Part shown: positions 44,401-58,375 of the stretch, in pieces | How the letters are laid out: each line of letters opens with the position of its first letter | Position numbering within the stretch: the stretch's first letter is position 1 | Origin: Eledone cirrhosa | Lineage: Eukaryota | Direction: 5' to 3' | DNA length: 64,000 nucleotides | Assembly: GCA_964016885.1 (NCBI GenBank) | Contig: OZ024759.1 | Location: forward strand, 18,600,001-18,664,000 | Made by a program: the position numbers and the translations under genes | The notes under the pieces: model-generated | Database searches by the model: none | Seen by the model: the letters and a program-made list of their open reading frames with translations, nothing else | What the model was told of the DNA's origin: nothing

Positions 44401-45793
44401 TGTTAATTATCAGTGAATATGGGGGACGGTAACAGGCGAAGAATACTGCCAGACTATATTCAGTCTGCAATAACATTCATGAAATATATCTTTGTGTGTT
44501 AATTATCACTGAATATGCCCGACGGTAACAGGCGAAGAATACTGCCAGACTAAATTCAGTCTGCAATAACATTCATGAAATGTATCTTTGTGTGTTAATT
44601 ATCACTGAATATGGGGGACGGTAACAGGCGAAGAATACTGCCAGACTAAATTCAGTCTGCAATAACATTCATGAAATATATCTTTGTGTCTTAATTATCA
44701 CTGAATATGCGGGACGGTAACAGGCGAAGAATACTGCCAGACTAAATTCAGTCTACAATAACATTCATGAAATATATCTTTGTCTGTTAATTATCACTGA
44801 ATATGCCCGACGGTAACAGGCGAAGAAAACTGCCAGACTAAATTCAGTCTGCAATAACATTCATGAAATATATCTTTGTGTGTTAATTATCACTGAATAT
44901 GCGGGACGGTAACAAGCGAAGAATACTGCCAGACTAAATTCAGTCTGCAATAACATTCATGAAATATCTCTTTGTCTGTTAATTATCACTGAATATGGGG
45001 GACGGTAACAGGCGAAGAATACTGCCAGACTAAATTCAGTCTGCAATAACATTCATGAAATGTATCTTTGTCTGTTAATTATCACTGAATATGGGGGACG
45101 GTAACAGGCGAAGAATACTGCCAGACTAAATTCAGTCTGCAATAACATTCATGAAATATATCTTTGTCTGTTAATTATCACTGAATATGGGGGACGGTAA
45201 CAGGCGAAGAATACTGCCAGACTAAATTCAGTCTGCAATAACATTCATGAAATATATCTTTGTGTGTTAATTATCACTGCATATGCGGGACGGTAACAGG
45301 CGAAGAATACTGCCAGACTAAATTCAGTCTGCAATAACATTCATGAAATATATCTTTGTGTGTTAATTATCACTGAATATGGGGGACGGTAACAGGCGAA
45401 GAATACTGCCAGACTAAACTCAGTCTGCAATAACATTCATTAAATATATCTTTGTCTGTTAATTATCACTGAATATGCCCGACGGTAACAGGCGAAGAAT
45501 ACTGCCAGACTAAACTCAGTCTGCAATAACATTCATGAAATATATCTTTGTCTGTTAATTATCACTGAATATGCCCGACGGTAACAGGCGAAGAATACTG
45601 CCAGACTAAATTCAGTCTACAATAACATTCATGAAATATATCTTTCTGTGTCAATTATCACTGAATATGCGGGACGGTAACAGGCGAAGAATACTGCCAG
45701 ACTAAATTCAGTCTGCAATAACATTCATGAAATATATCTTTCTGTGTCAATTATCACTGAATATGCCTGACGGTAATAGGCGAAGAAAACTGC
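41462..45793. repeat. 96-bp tandem satellite, ~45 copies
   Basis: gaatactgccagactaaattcagtctgc recurs at 41561, 41657, 41753 and so on. Only a few polymorphic sites; no spacers. Confidence 0.97.
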
Positions 45794-46740
45794 ACAGGAG
45801 GACAATACAATGATGATATATATATTAGTACAGCGTTTGATTTGGTATAAAAAGTATCTTAATGTTTTGGACGATAGTCACAAAGGAGAACAATTCAATA
45901 ATGATATATTTTAGTACCGCACTTGATATGGTACAAAAAGTATCTTAACGTTTCGGACATTTGTCGGTCATCAGAAGATAAAATGAAAAAGAGGGGAGAT
46001 AGGGGGTGAGTGAGAGAAGAAATAAAAAGATACACGAGAAGAAGACACACGAGAAACACATGTGTAGTTAGTTACTCTTATATACAGCAAGGGGGGACAA
46101 TCCAATGATGATATATATTTTAGTACAGCACTTGATATGGTTCAAAAAGTATCTTAACATTTTGGACGATAGTTGTTCATCAGAAGATAGAATGAAAAAG
46201 AGGGGAGATAGCGGGGAGTGAGAGAAGAAGAAATAGAAAGATAGATGATATTAAGAAATAGGGAAAACACGTGTGTATACAACAAGGGAGAACAATCCAA
46301 TGATGATATATTTTAGTACAGCATTTGATATAGTACAAACAGAATCTTAACGTTTCGGGCATTTGTCGGTCATCAGAACATAGAATGAAAAGGAAGGGGA
46401 GATATGGGGGGAGTGAGAGAAGAAATAGAAAGATTGACGAGAGTAATAAATAGGGAAAACATTTTGTTTCGAGGGGGGAATACTCATATAAACAAAGTCA
46501 ACATGGAAAACACAGCAAGGGGGGACAGTCCAATGTTTATGTATATTATTACAATTCTTGATAAAATAAAGTACCAGTAATGCACTGTGTAATTGCAGGC
46601 CATGTGCCAAAAGTAGAAACAATTATTACAATTCTTGATATAGTAGAAAAAGTGCCTGAACATTTCGGAAGATAGTATGGGAAATAAAAGAATTAATAAA
46701 TAGATAGACGAACGTAAGAAGAGGAATAAAACGAAAAGAC
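45794..46740 (-). mobile_element. Diverged ~200-bp tandem of HHR-bearing units
   Basis: HHR 45941-45980 (-): TATCTT CTGATGA cc GAC-aaat-GTC c GAAAC GTT AAGATA. Further copies at 46150-46189 (decayed) and 46344-46381; partials near 45857 and 46658. Confidence 0.72.
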
Positions 46741-46921
46741 TCAACAGATTACATAATATTTAATTGTTTTAGTGATTTAAATGTTGTTCTATATTAAATT
46801 ATAAATCTGATGACGATGTTTATTAATTAGATTCTCTACTTGATACATGGATCAAACGTGAGTATCATTTAAAACATAAACTAGAAGACGTCTTTAATGT
46901 GTTTCCCCAATCAATGCATTG

Positions 46922-46962
<41 letters not shown>

Positions 46963-47810
46963 AGAGAGAGTGAGAGAGAGTGAGAGAGAGAGTGAGAGAG
47001 AGTGAGAGAGAGAGCGAGAGAGAGAGAGAGAGATGTGGTGGTGGTGGTAGTGGTGATGGTGGTGGGAGAGAGGGAAGAAGAAACAGAAAGATAGACGAGA
47101 GTAAGCATAAAAAGAAAATGTCGGCATATTTTTTTCAAGATAGAAGCACGTACGTTGTTAGTCAGCCATATTCAAGAAAAGTCAATACGGAAAAAAACAG
47201 CACAGGAAAACAATGCAATACAATGATGATGATGATATCTATATATCATATATATATATATATTAGTTTAACGTTTGATGTAGTCGAAAAAGTGCATGAC
47301 GTTTCGAGCATTAGTCTTTTGTAGGAATATAGAATGAAAGAGAGAAGAAATAAAAAGAGATACGAGAGTAAGAAAAGAAATAAAACGGGAAACCATTTTT
47401 CAGGGGGGGGGGGGGAGGTGTGTAATTTAGTCAACCATTTTGAAAAAAATATATCATAGAACGAGATTTGTATATTAAGAATTATAATTCATGAGGTAAC
47501 ACATCGTAAAATATATTTGTGACACAACGAAACACGTGTAAGAAGCAATGAATGAAGTTTTGAAAACGATTCCGTCGTTTCTTTAATAATCCAACCATCC
47601 TCTGTTTACTATTGATTTTGTGAATTTATAAACAACGGGTTAGGATCGAACATTGGAGGTCATATCAACGAAGGTTTCCCGCCTCGTCAAGCCATTTTCA
47701 ACAATTTTGCGTCGTTAACATTCCAGTGTATTTTAACATTCACCCACCAGCTCTACTAGAATAGATAACGGATATAGGTTTGTGTCAAATGGAACTTATA
47801 AAATATACAA

Positions 47811-47995
47811 TAATTGTTTCTACTTTAGGCACAAGGCCAGCAATTACCCAGTGCATTACTGGTACTTTATTTTATCGACCCCGTAAGGATGAAAGGCAAA
47901 GTCAACCTCGGCGGGATTTGAACTCAGATCGTAAAGGGACGTAACTATGCTGGAAAGCATGGCGTCCGACCCTCTACCGATACTGCCAATCCACC
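47811..47995 (-). mobile_element. tRNA-headed SINE
   Basis: Nearly identical to the reverse complement of 2093-2280. Confidence 0.92.
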
Positions 47996-48039
47996 GTACA
48001 ATAATACACACACACATATACACATATATGTACACACAA

Positions 48040-48074
<35 letters not shown>

Positions 48075-48123
48075 AAATAAAGTTAAATAAAAGTCAAATG
48101 ATTAAAATTTAGCTTCGTTTATT

Positions 48124-48178
48124 ACTGCTATATATATTTCAGTGACAGCCATCTTTGACTGTGACCTCTTCAGGCAGT
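48124..48178 (-). ncRNA. Type-I hammerhead ribozyme
   Basis: Minus strand: ACTGC CTGAAGA ggtc ACAGTCA-aaga-TGGCTGT cact GAAAT ATAT ATA GCAGT AATAAA. Confidence 0.75.
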
Positions 48179-48680
48179 TTGAATTAGTATGGTATAGACA
48201 AGTACATATGTTGTTTAGGTGTATAATATTGTCAATACTCTGATATGCCAGTTCCTTGTTGGGCTGTTAATTCACTGAGGAACTGGAGTCATATTTAACT
48301 TTATTTTACACTACTCCGGAGTAACCAAACCAACCTGCGCACTTCGTCGAGTGCTCCAGTCTGCATACTGAGGTGTTGGTATACAACCAACATAAACTCA
48401 AAATATATATATATATATATATATAGATATATATATAGATATATATATATATATATATATATATAGATATATATATAGATATATATATATATATTAATAA
48501 CGTTTGCATATTCTTTATCACTAATTCTTGGCTAATGTCGAGCTTCGTCGCTATCTTTTCAGTTGTTATTTTTTATTTACTATTATTCATTATACATACA
48601 TACATACATACATATATATATATTATATATATATAGTGACGAAACATAAGTCAATTGCATGAATTCATAATCCTTTATTT

Positions 48681-48736
48681 ACTGCTATATATATTTCGAT
48701 GATAGCCATTGAATGGCTCTGAACTCATCAGGCAGT
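48681..48736 (-). ncRNA. Type-I hammerhead ribozyme
   Basis: Minus strand: ACTGC CTGATGA gttcag AGCCATT-c-AATGGCT atcatc GAAAT ATAT ATA GCAGT AAATAAA. Confidence 0.75.
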
Positions 48737-49588
48737 TAGTCAGTTCTTAGATATGCCAGCTCTGTGTTTATAGTGTTGATGGTATCAGAGCCTTGGGACA
48801 TATGTATATATTAGAAAATGAGGGTTTTTTTTCCAGAATAAAAAAAAAACAGATGTCCTACACGAGTGAAAGTAAAAGGAAAAAAGATGAAATCGAAAAT
48901 GCGAGAAAAACCACAAACCCTCCATATCAATTCTACTTTTGAATAGCATAAGAACTAAGAAACCGGTAAAGAAACCAAATAAATATTCTTAAAAAGATTC
49001 CAGTTGCATTTTCGATTTCATCTTTTTTCTTACAAAAACACAGATATATCTATATACACATATATATATATATAGGCAAAAATAGAGAGGGAAAAGTAGT
49101 TTTAAAACATTTTTAATACTTTAGACATGTTTTGAGATATATATCTTTTACCTGTGCTATATAAATATATAGTTCTATTATATACATACACACGTATATA
49201 TGATCGATACATACATGCACACATATATATATATACATATATATATATACATGTATATGTACATATATATATACATATATATATATACATATATATATAT
49301 ACATATATATATATACATATATATATATACATATATATACATATATATATATACATATATATATATACATATATATATATACATGTATATGTACATATAT
49401 ATATACATATATATATATACATATATATATATACATATATATACATATATATATACATATATATACATATATATATACATATATATATATACATATATAT
49501 ATATACATATATATATATATACATATACACATATATATATACATATACACATATATATATACATATACACATATATATATACATATAC

Positions 49589-49645
<57 letters not shown>

Positions 49646-49935
49646 CATATATATACATAATATATACATATACATACATATATATATATATGATGACTGC
49701 CTTCTCGTTATCGAGTATGGCCATTACACGATATACCATTATTAATAATTATTAATTAATTCCATCGTGCATTGCCTATATATATATACATATACATACA
49801 TATATATATACATATAAATACATATATATATACATATAAATACATATATATACATATAAATACATATATATATACATATACATACATATATATATACATA
49901 TAAATACATATATATACATATATATATACATATAC

Positions 49936-49969
<34 letters not shown>

Positions 49970-50063
49970 ATATACATATACATACATATATATATATACA
50001 TATTCTCATATATATATACATATACCTACATATATATATACATATACATACATTTATATATAC

Positions 50064-50118
<55 letters not shown>

Positions 50119-50155
50119 CATACATATATACATATATACACATATATACACATAT

Positions 50156-50196
<41 letters not shown>

Positions 50197-50771
50197 TATA
50201 TATATATACACTTAACGATAAAATTGAACGATCATTATACTGCAACCACAAACTAAAAGCTAAATTCTCTCACTATAAAATAACTTAACATTCGAACCCG
50301 TAACTATAACACCGCTTTCTAGCTAACCACATTCTCTTCCCCCCACACTACAAGACAATACACTGCTTATCACTATAAATGGTAACTCAGTGCAATTCCT
50401 AGATTACTACTACAAACCCAAAGTTCACTCACCACACAAACTTCGTCTGTCCCCTCTCTACCTCTCTCTCTACATCCATTACACTCTCTCTCTCGCCTTT
50501 GACCTACCTCCCTCTCAACATCTATGAACCTGCCCTCTGGGGCAATAAATAATTCCGACCTTAACTATCAACGCATCTCTCCAAAAGTAACCAGTATAAT
50601 AAAACCCCTACCATAACATTTTGATTAAGATATCTACAAACCACTCTCTCCTACTTCTCCAACCCCTGCATATCTTTCTCTCTCTCTCCCCTACCTTTCT
50701 CTCTTCCTTTTCTACTCTATCTTCCCCAACAACCCCACTTAAGGGTATTTACATTGTACATTTTACCATTC

Positions 50772-50883
50772 TGCTCTGAGGAAACAGTGGTCACAGCATT
50801 GGATATTTGAGTTCTGCAAGTACTTGTGAATTTGCACATAGCATAACTAGGCTGTAGTACCACCGTGGAAACACTTGTAAGCA
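50772..50883 (+). ncRNA. Hammerhead ribozyme with long branched stem II at the 3' end of a pLTR-like segment (50210-50935)
   Basis: TGCT CTGAGGA aac aGTGGT ...~65 nt... ACCACc gtg GAAAC ACTT GTA AGCA, then AATAAA. Confidence 0.62.
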
Positions 50884-51368
50884 CACGGAATAAATTACCT
50901 TTTTATGATGTCTACCTGTTATTATTCATTCTTTATATACACACATATATATATATATACACACATATATATATACATATACACACATATATATATATAT
51001 ACACATATATATATATACACACATATATATATATATACACACATATATATATACATATACATACATATATATATACATATACACACATATATATATATAT
51101 ACATATACATACATATATATATACATATACACACATATATATATATACACACACACACACATATATATATATACACACACACACATATATATATACACAC
51201 ACACACATATATATATATACACACACACATATATATATATACACACACACACATATATATATATACACACACACACACACATATATATATATACACACAC
51301 ACACACACATATATATATATACACACACGCACACATATATATATATACACACACACACACATATATAT

Positions 51369-51426
<58 letters not shown>

Positions 51427-51953
51427 AAGCAAAGTAATGGAGGTTTTCCACCGTGGGTGTAATTTCAATTAATTATCTATGCTAACACAGACATTATCTT
51501 CACGAATTTGAAACTTTCATAAAAGTGAGGCTATAAATCCCACAATGTTTATACTTTCTCTACAGATACTGTCTGCATCGTTCAACAAAACTGGTATTCT
51601 ATTGCTCTGTAATATATATCTGAAAGTCGTTTTTTGTTCATTTTGATAAATGTGAAATTTACTAAATATAATACACTCAGAGTCAGAAGAAAATGGTCGA
51701 TTATTTGCACGTTTATTGCTTTTTTTTTTATCTTTCTTTACTAAAAGCACACTAAATTTAATGAAACATTTCAACAGAATAACCTACTATCGTTACCACC
51801 GTCGTCATTATTATTATTATTGGGGAATTTTTCATTGTTATTTTTGTTTTTTGTTACATCCTCTGTTTTTGTTTTTTACACGCAGAAATGCCCATTTGTA
51901 CCGTACTGTCCTTAATGTCTACTTTATGTAAACCCTTGTGGTTAATAAAGAAA

Positions 51954-51990
<37 letters not shown>

Positions 51991-53180
51991 CATCATCATT
52001 ATTATACTCGTGACGATGATGAGCTCAATAAGAGTCACTAGTAGCTACCAATCGCAGCAGTGACAGCAATGTAACAATGATAACAATCTCTCTTCAACGC
52101 TTGCAGCATCAGCAACAGAAGTAGTAGCAGCAACAGTAGCAGCAACTGCAGCAGCATAATAACGATCACAATCTTCCTCCACCACGAGAACACTTACATC
52201 AAAGTCAAAACTCATCTCAGCATCTTTTGCAATCTTATTGATAATACTTTAATCCTATGTATGCAGCGTCTAATAGCTGTGTAGTTGATTTTTGATCAAC
52301 TTAAATAAAACTTAATGCTTAGAGTGTTCATTGGCATTCCGTGAACTTTCAATTTCAGTTTTGCTTTTAGCCACTTCGCTCACTTCTACAACACCATTTT
52401 GAATATCGTTTACATAATTTTACTTCGTTGTGGAACGCACATGAATATCTCTTTCTTCATTTTGGTCGTTTAATCATTTGCTCTTCTTTTATCTTTTCTT
52501 CTACTTTTCATATTGAAATTAGTTTAAGCTTAGGTTGAAATTAAGTTAGGCTAGATGCATTCATCTCAGAATTAGTGTTAATGAGATTAGCTCTGATTTC
52601 ATGCTAATTTTACAGTTATTCGTTCTCTGGAGTCAAGATACCGACTGTGTTATGGTTAGAATTACAGACGTTTATCAAATATGTATGAACATTTTGCAAT
52701 TAATTATTTAGAATTTTTTAATAGAGGAGGATTAAATGATTCATATAAACGAAATGAATGCTATGAGATGTTTGAACTATAGATCTTAGTTTGAGCGATA
52801 AAATCCACTGTGTTTTGTTGTAATCTCTAACAGTCGTTGTAATTTGCACATCACAGATCATATGAATGTTGGGAATATTTACATGTTAAAAAAGGATCCT
52901 ATTCTCAATAGATTTTAGTACTATCTAATGTCGGTTTAATTGTAACAAGCTGGATCTAATCACCCCTCCATTCAGGTATTCACCTGTTAATGTTTAATTT
53001 GAAATAGATACAAAGTAAACAGGGCAGTCATCTGATACAGTTATTAGAATATCGGATAAAATGCTTTGCAGGTTTGGTTCCAACTATCCAAGCTCAAATT
53101 ACACCGAGGTCAACTTTGTCTTTTATCCTTTCCAGGTTGATAAATTATATACCAGTTCAATAGTGAGATCGTTTCGTCAC

Positions 53181-53223
<43 letters not shown>

Positions 53224-53785
53224 CTTTTTCTCCTTCTCTGAAGTAGAAATCGTCTTCGTTCTGACCTGGAGAGGAATGGGTTCCGCCAGGTTTAAAATAC
53301 CCAAGACATAACGGTGCACCTACATAGAGAGACTACGAATGGATAATATAAACACTTTTATAGTAAAATGAAAAAAAAAGTCAACGGAATCAGATACACT
53401 ATATTTACTAGACATTATCCTAATAATCACAATTCTATTTGGCCTCTCAGAGAGACAAAATTCTAAATAATGTAAATCATTTAATCTTATACGACGTATC
53501 GAATCTATAGTTGCGCTATAATACATCACGAGTGAACTACTGAAGTAATCATAACTTTCTGTCTTTGTCCTAACAGACAGCGACTTTTGCACTACTTAAA
53601 TAATAAATAAGAGTAATTTTCCAATACAAGATTCTAATGTTTGTAAGTATGCGATGTTTTCGTCTGTGTGTAGACTGCGTGAGATGAGATGTATGTGAGT
53701 ATGTCTGCTTTACGTGACTATCAGTCAGTCGGTCATATCCAAAAATACATTTATATTAACTAACATTTTCGCATCGTTTTTTCCC

Positions 53786-54872
53786 AGACAGAGGTAGGTA
53801 GGTGGGTAGGAAGAGAGGTAGGTAGATATATATAGATGTGTAGTAAGTGGGTTGATGGTTAGAAAGATGGGTATAAAGAGACAGAGGTAGGTAGGTAGAT
53901 ATATAGATGTGTAGTAAGTGGGTTGATTGTTAGAAAGATGGGTATAAAGAGACAGAGGTAGGTAGGTTGGTAGGGAGAGAGGTAGGTAGACATATAGATG
54001 TGTAGTAGGTGGGTTGATGGTTAGAAAGATGGGTATAAAGAGACAGAGGTAGGTAGGTTGGTAGGGAGAGAGGTAGGTAGATATATAGATGTGTCGTAAG
54101 TGGGTTGATGGTTAGAAAGATGGGTATAAAGAGACAGAGGTAGGTTGGTGGGTAGAAAGATAGGTAGGTAGATATATAGATGTGTAGTAGGTGGGTTGAT
54201 GGTTAGAAAGATGGGTATAAAGAGACAGAGGTAGGTAGGTTGGTAGAAAGATAGGTAGGTAGATATATAGATGTCTAGTAAGTGGGTTGATGGTTAGAAA
54301 GATAGGTATAAAGAGACAGAGGTAGGTAGGTTGGTAGGGAGAGATGTAGGTAGATATATAGATGTGTAGTAAGTGGGTTGATGGTTAGAAAGATGGGTAT
54401 AAAGAGACAGAGGTAGGTTGGTTGGTAGGGAGATAGGTAGGTAGATATATAGATGTGTAGTAAGTGGGTTGATGGTTAGAAAGATGGGTATAAAGAGACA
54501 GAGGTAGGTTGGTTGGTAGGGAGATAGGTAGGTAGATATATAGATGTGTAGTAAGTGGGTTGATGGTTAGAAAGATGGGTATAAAGAGACAGAGGTAGGT
54601 TGGTTGGTAGGGAGATAGGTAGGTAGATATATAGATGTGTAGTAGGTGGGTTGATGGTTAGAAAGATGGGTATAAAGAGACAGAGGTAGGTAGGTTGGTA
54701 GAAAGATAGGTAGGTAGATATATAGATGTGTAGTAAGTGGGTTGATGGTTAGAAAGATGGGTATAAAGAGCAGAGGTAGGTAGGTTGGTAGGGAGAGAGG
54801 TAGGTAGATATATAGATGTGTAGTAAGTGGGTTGATGGTTAGAAAGATGGGTATAAAGAGACAGAGGTAGGC
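53786..54872. repeat. ~91-bp purine-rich minisatellite, ~12 copies
   Basis: gacagaggtagg at 53951, 54042, 54133, 54224 and so on. Confidence 0.93.
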
Positions 54873-55007
54873 AGATAGATAGATATATTGATGGGAAGTG
54901 AGGCAGCTGGATAGACAGATAGATAAGTGGTAGATATAGGTGAGTATAGAGGTAGAGGGATAGATAGCTAGATAGATAATTGGTAGATATAGGTGGGTGG
55001 GTGGGTG

Positions 55008-55085
<78 letters not shown>

Positions 55086-55086
<1 letters not shown>

Positions 55087-55325
55087 TTCTTTTATTTGCC
55101 ACTAGGGCATCAAAAGTGGGACAAGTACAAAGGGGGGAGTTTACACAAAAAGGCGTCCTCAATAAGGAGGAGGCAATAACAAAATATAAAAATAAAATAA
55201 GATATAACAAAAAATAAAATTTTTAACAAAATCCTCAATAGAGAGGAGGCGCCTTGGGGGGTCGCACACACCCCCGAAAAAAGTGTGCAACCCTTCTCCT
55301 CAGGAGCACAGAGAAGGGGTGCTCC
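55086..55325 (-). mobile_element. Tx1/L1-like LINE 3' UTR fragment in (GATA)n
   Basis: Near-identical to 55389-55635. The minus strand ends AATAAAGAAA followed by (TCTA)n. Confidence 0.75.
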
Positions 55326-55388
55326 GATAGATAGATAGATAGATAAGTGAGAGATATAGGTGGGTGGGTGGATAGATAGATAGATATG

Positions 55389-56116
55389 TTTCTTTTATTT
55401 GCCACCAGGGCATCAAAAGTGGGACAAGTACAAAGGGGAGGGGGAGTTTACAAAACAAGGCGTCCTCAATAAGGAGGAGGCAATAACAAAATATAAAAAT
55501 AAAATAAGATATAACAAAAAATAAAATTTATAACAAAATCCTCAATAGAGAAGAGGCGCCTTGGGGGGTCGCACCCCCCCCCCCAAAAAAAAAGTGTGCA
55601 ACCCTTCTACTCAGGAGCACAGAGAAGGGGTGCTCCCTTGGTCTTTTATCTTTCTCACCTACAGTCTGATGTAGAGTGAAGGCCCATTCACACGGGCCAT
55701 TCTCGCCACTTTCACCCATCTCTCATAAAAACGGCTGGGGATAGGCACCTCTCTCTCCATCCTGATCCTTCTTCCGAAATGATATCGGAAGAAACGGACC
55801 AGTTGTTGGCCAGAGAGAAAGGTGCCTGACCTCAGTCCTTTCAGACGCGTCCACCATACAACCTCTTTCGCCATGGCTATTACGCACAGAAACACCGCCT
55901 CTCCTTCGTTTTTGAAGAGGGGAGGCGGCTTGATCGTTACAATAGACTCGGTGGTCAACTGGATCGGTCCCACCCTTGACAGCAGTTGTTCGACATAGCC
56001 CCACAGATCGGCAATGCCCGAGCAGTGTACCAATGCGTGTGCAACGGTTTCCTCGTCGCACACGCATCTGGGACAGATCTTTTTCGAGGGGTCCCTACCC
56101 GGGCGCCCGTGTCTGT
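55389..56116 (-). mobile_element. Tx1/L1-clade LINE 3' end
   Basis: CPRCVCDEETVAHALVHC CCHC knuckle followed by LW..V..LL and KEVVWWTR. GATA repeats on both sides. Confidence 0.85.
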
Positions 56117-56208
56117 AGATAGATAGATAGATAGGTGGGAAGAGAGGCAGGTGGGTAGATAGATAAATGACAGATATATGTGAGTGGGTAGAGAGATAGA
56201 TAGAGATG

Positions 56209-56305
<97 letters not shown>

Positions 56306-56488
56306 GCTGGTAGATAGACTGGTGAGTAGGTAGGTAGCTATCTAGCTAGATAGAAAGTGAGAGAGATAGGCTACTAGACAGAGTGGTGTGAAATGAGAGA
56401 GGGTGGTTGTTAGATAGATTGGCGGTAGGTAAGAGAGGTAGATGGGTAGGTGGTAGATAGGTGGTAAGTGAGAGGGATAGATAGATAC

Positions 56489-57494
56489 ATTTCTTTATTA
56501 GCCACAAGGGCACACAAGAAGGGGACAAATACAAATGGGGAGTTTACATACAGGTATATGAAAATAAAACTATTAATAAATTAACAAATAACAATTGATA
56601 CCCCCAATAGGGGGGAGGCGTTACACAGGGGTTGTACAGACCCCGAAAAAATGTACAACCCTCATCTCCAGGAGCACCAAGAGTGAGTACTCCTTTCTTC
56701 TCTTCCTCTTTTTCCTCAACCTACAGGCTTATATAGAGAGAAGGCCCAACCACTCGGGCCATCTTTGCCACATTTACCCACCTTTTATAAAATTTGCTGG
56801 GTTACAGCACCTCTCTCTCCATCCTGGGGTACAGCACCTCTCTCTCCATCCTGGGGTACAGCACCTCTCTCTCCATCCTGATTCTTTTTCCAAAATGATA
56901 TTTGAAAAAACAAATCAGTTGTTTGCCGGAGAGAAAGGTGTCTGACCGCAGCCCTTTTAACCTCGTCCACCATATAACCTCTTTCACCATAGCCATAACA
57001 CATAGGGAAACAGCCTCTCCCTCGTGTTTGAAGGAGGGTGGCGGTTTGATCATGACAATGGACTCGGTGGTCAACCGGATTGGTCCCAGCCGCGACAATA
57101 GTCGTTCTACATAGCCCCACAGGTCGGTAACGCCCGGGCAGTGTACATATGCGTGCGCGACGGTTTCCTCGTCGCGCACGCATCTCGGACAGATCCTTTT
57201 CGAAGGGCTCCTACCCGGGTGCCCGTGTCTGTAGAGCTTGTCTCGAACTGGTAGAGCTCCTCGGTAGCACTGTCAGGCCGGAGACTTTTGGAAGTTGTCC
57301 ATTGGTCCCGGGCGGAAGGTCCTATCGAACAGTCTGGCCAGTTCGTCCTCCTCTACGCCTAGAGTTTCTCCGAGCGTGTCGTCGCACTTGCTGCGGACCA
57401 ACCCTCTATAGAATGTCGAAGTGGAGTCTCCACTGATCACCGGGTCCGTTTGCCAGAGGACTGTGAGCGCCTGAGCACATTCGATGTGCCAGTC
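56489..57494 (-). mobile_element. Tx1/L1-clade LINE 3' end, second subfamily, with 27-bp in-frame triplication at ~56798-56880
   Basis: CPRCVRDEETVAHAYVHC; RMEREVLYP repeated. GATA repeats on both sides. Confidence 0.85.
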
Positions 57495-58077
57495 GATAGA
57501 TAGATAGATAGATAGAAAGATATCCTTCTTTATTTGCCACAAGGGCGTACAAAAAATGGGACATTAGAGGACGTGACGGCGGGGGTTTTACATAAAAATC
57601 ATACAACTTTAACATTAATAAATAGATAGATAGATAGACAGATAGATAGATAGATAGGTTGGCAGAAAATTATAAAGGGGAAGGTAGGTAGGTAGATAAA
57701 TAAATTTCTATGAGGATAATAGATTAGCGACAGGGGGAGGGGGAATAGCTAAATTTGTAGGAGGGTAATAGATTAGTGACAGAGTAAAGGGGTGAATTCA
57801 AAGGCCATTTTCTAGACCTGTCTGAACTATAACGTTTGATGAAGATATAACATATTTTTAACATTTTTATAGACTCAATGACTGGCGTTCGTATAAAAGT
57901 CGAGTGAAGTAAAACTAAACTGAACTATCCACCTTTGTACGGTTTGGACCATTGTTTGCAATATTTTATTTGAAAAGGAATTATCAGTCATACATAATCC
58001 ATTGATCATCATCTTTGTCAGTGATGGTCAACAATGAGAGTAAATTTCCTGTGCTAGGATTAAAACTAGATGAACGC

Positions 58078-58116
<39 letters not shown>

Positions 58117-58139
58117 TATATATATATATATATACACAC

Positions 58140-58173
<34 letters not shown>

Positions 58174-58301
58174 AATGTTATCGAGTCTTCTCTGGATTTT
58201 GGCCTTTGTATTTACTACCTTATGCGTGTCTCTCTAGATATAAGATGAAATATAAAGATAAAGAGTAAGAAGAAAAAAGAATACAAAAGATTAATTAAAA
58301 C

Positions 58302-58370
<69 letters not shown>

Positions 58371-58375
<5 letters not shown>

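Noticed and set aside
41462-45793. Possible CRISPR array or 32-codon coding repeat
   Set aside because: No unique spacers, no cas genes, eukaryotic context. The ORF track reports no ORF across the array.
51517-52500. Possible host exon or decayed transposase in unique-looking sequence
   Set aside because: Only short ORFs, no motif I recognise, no convincing splice signals. A BLASTX search would be needed.
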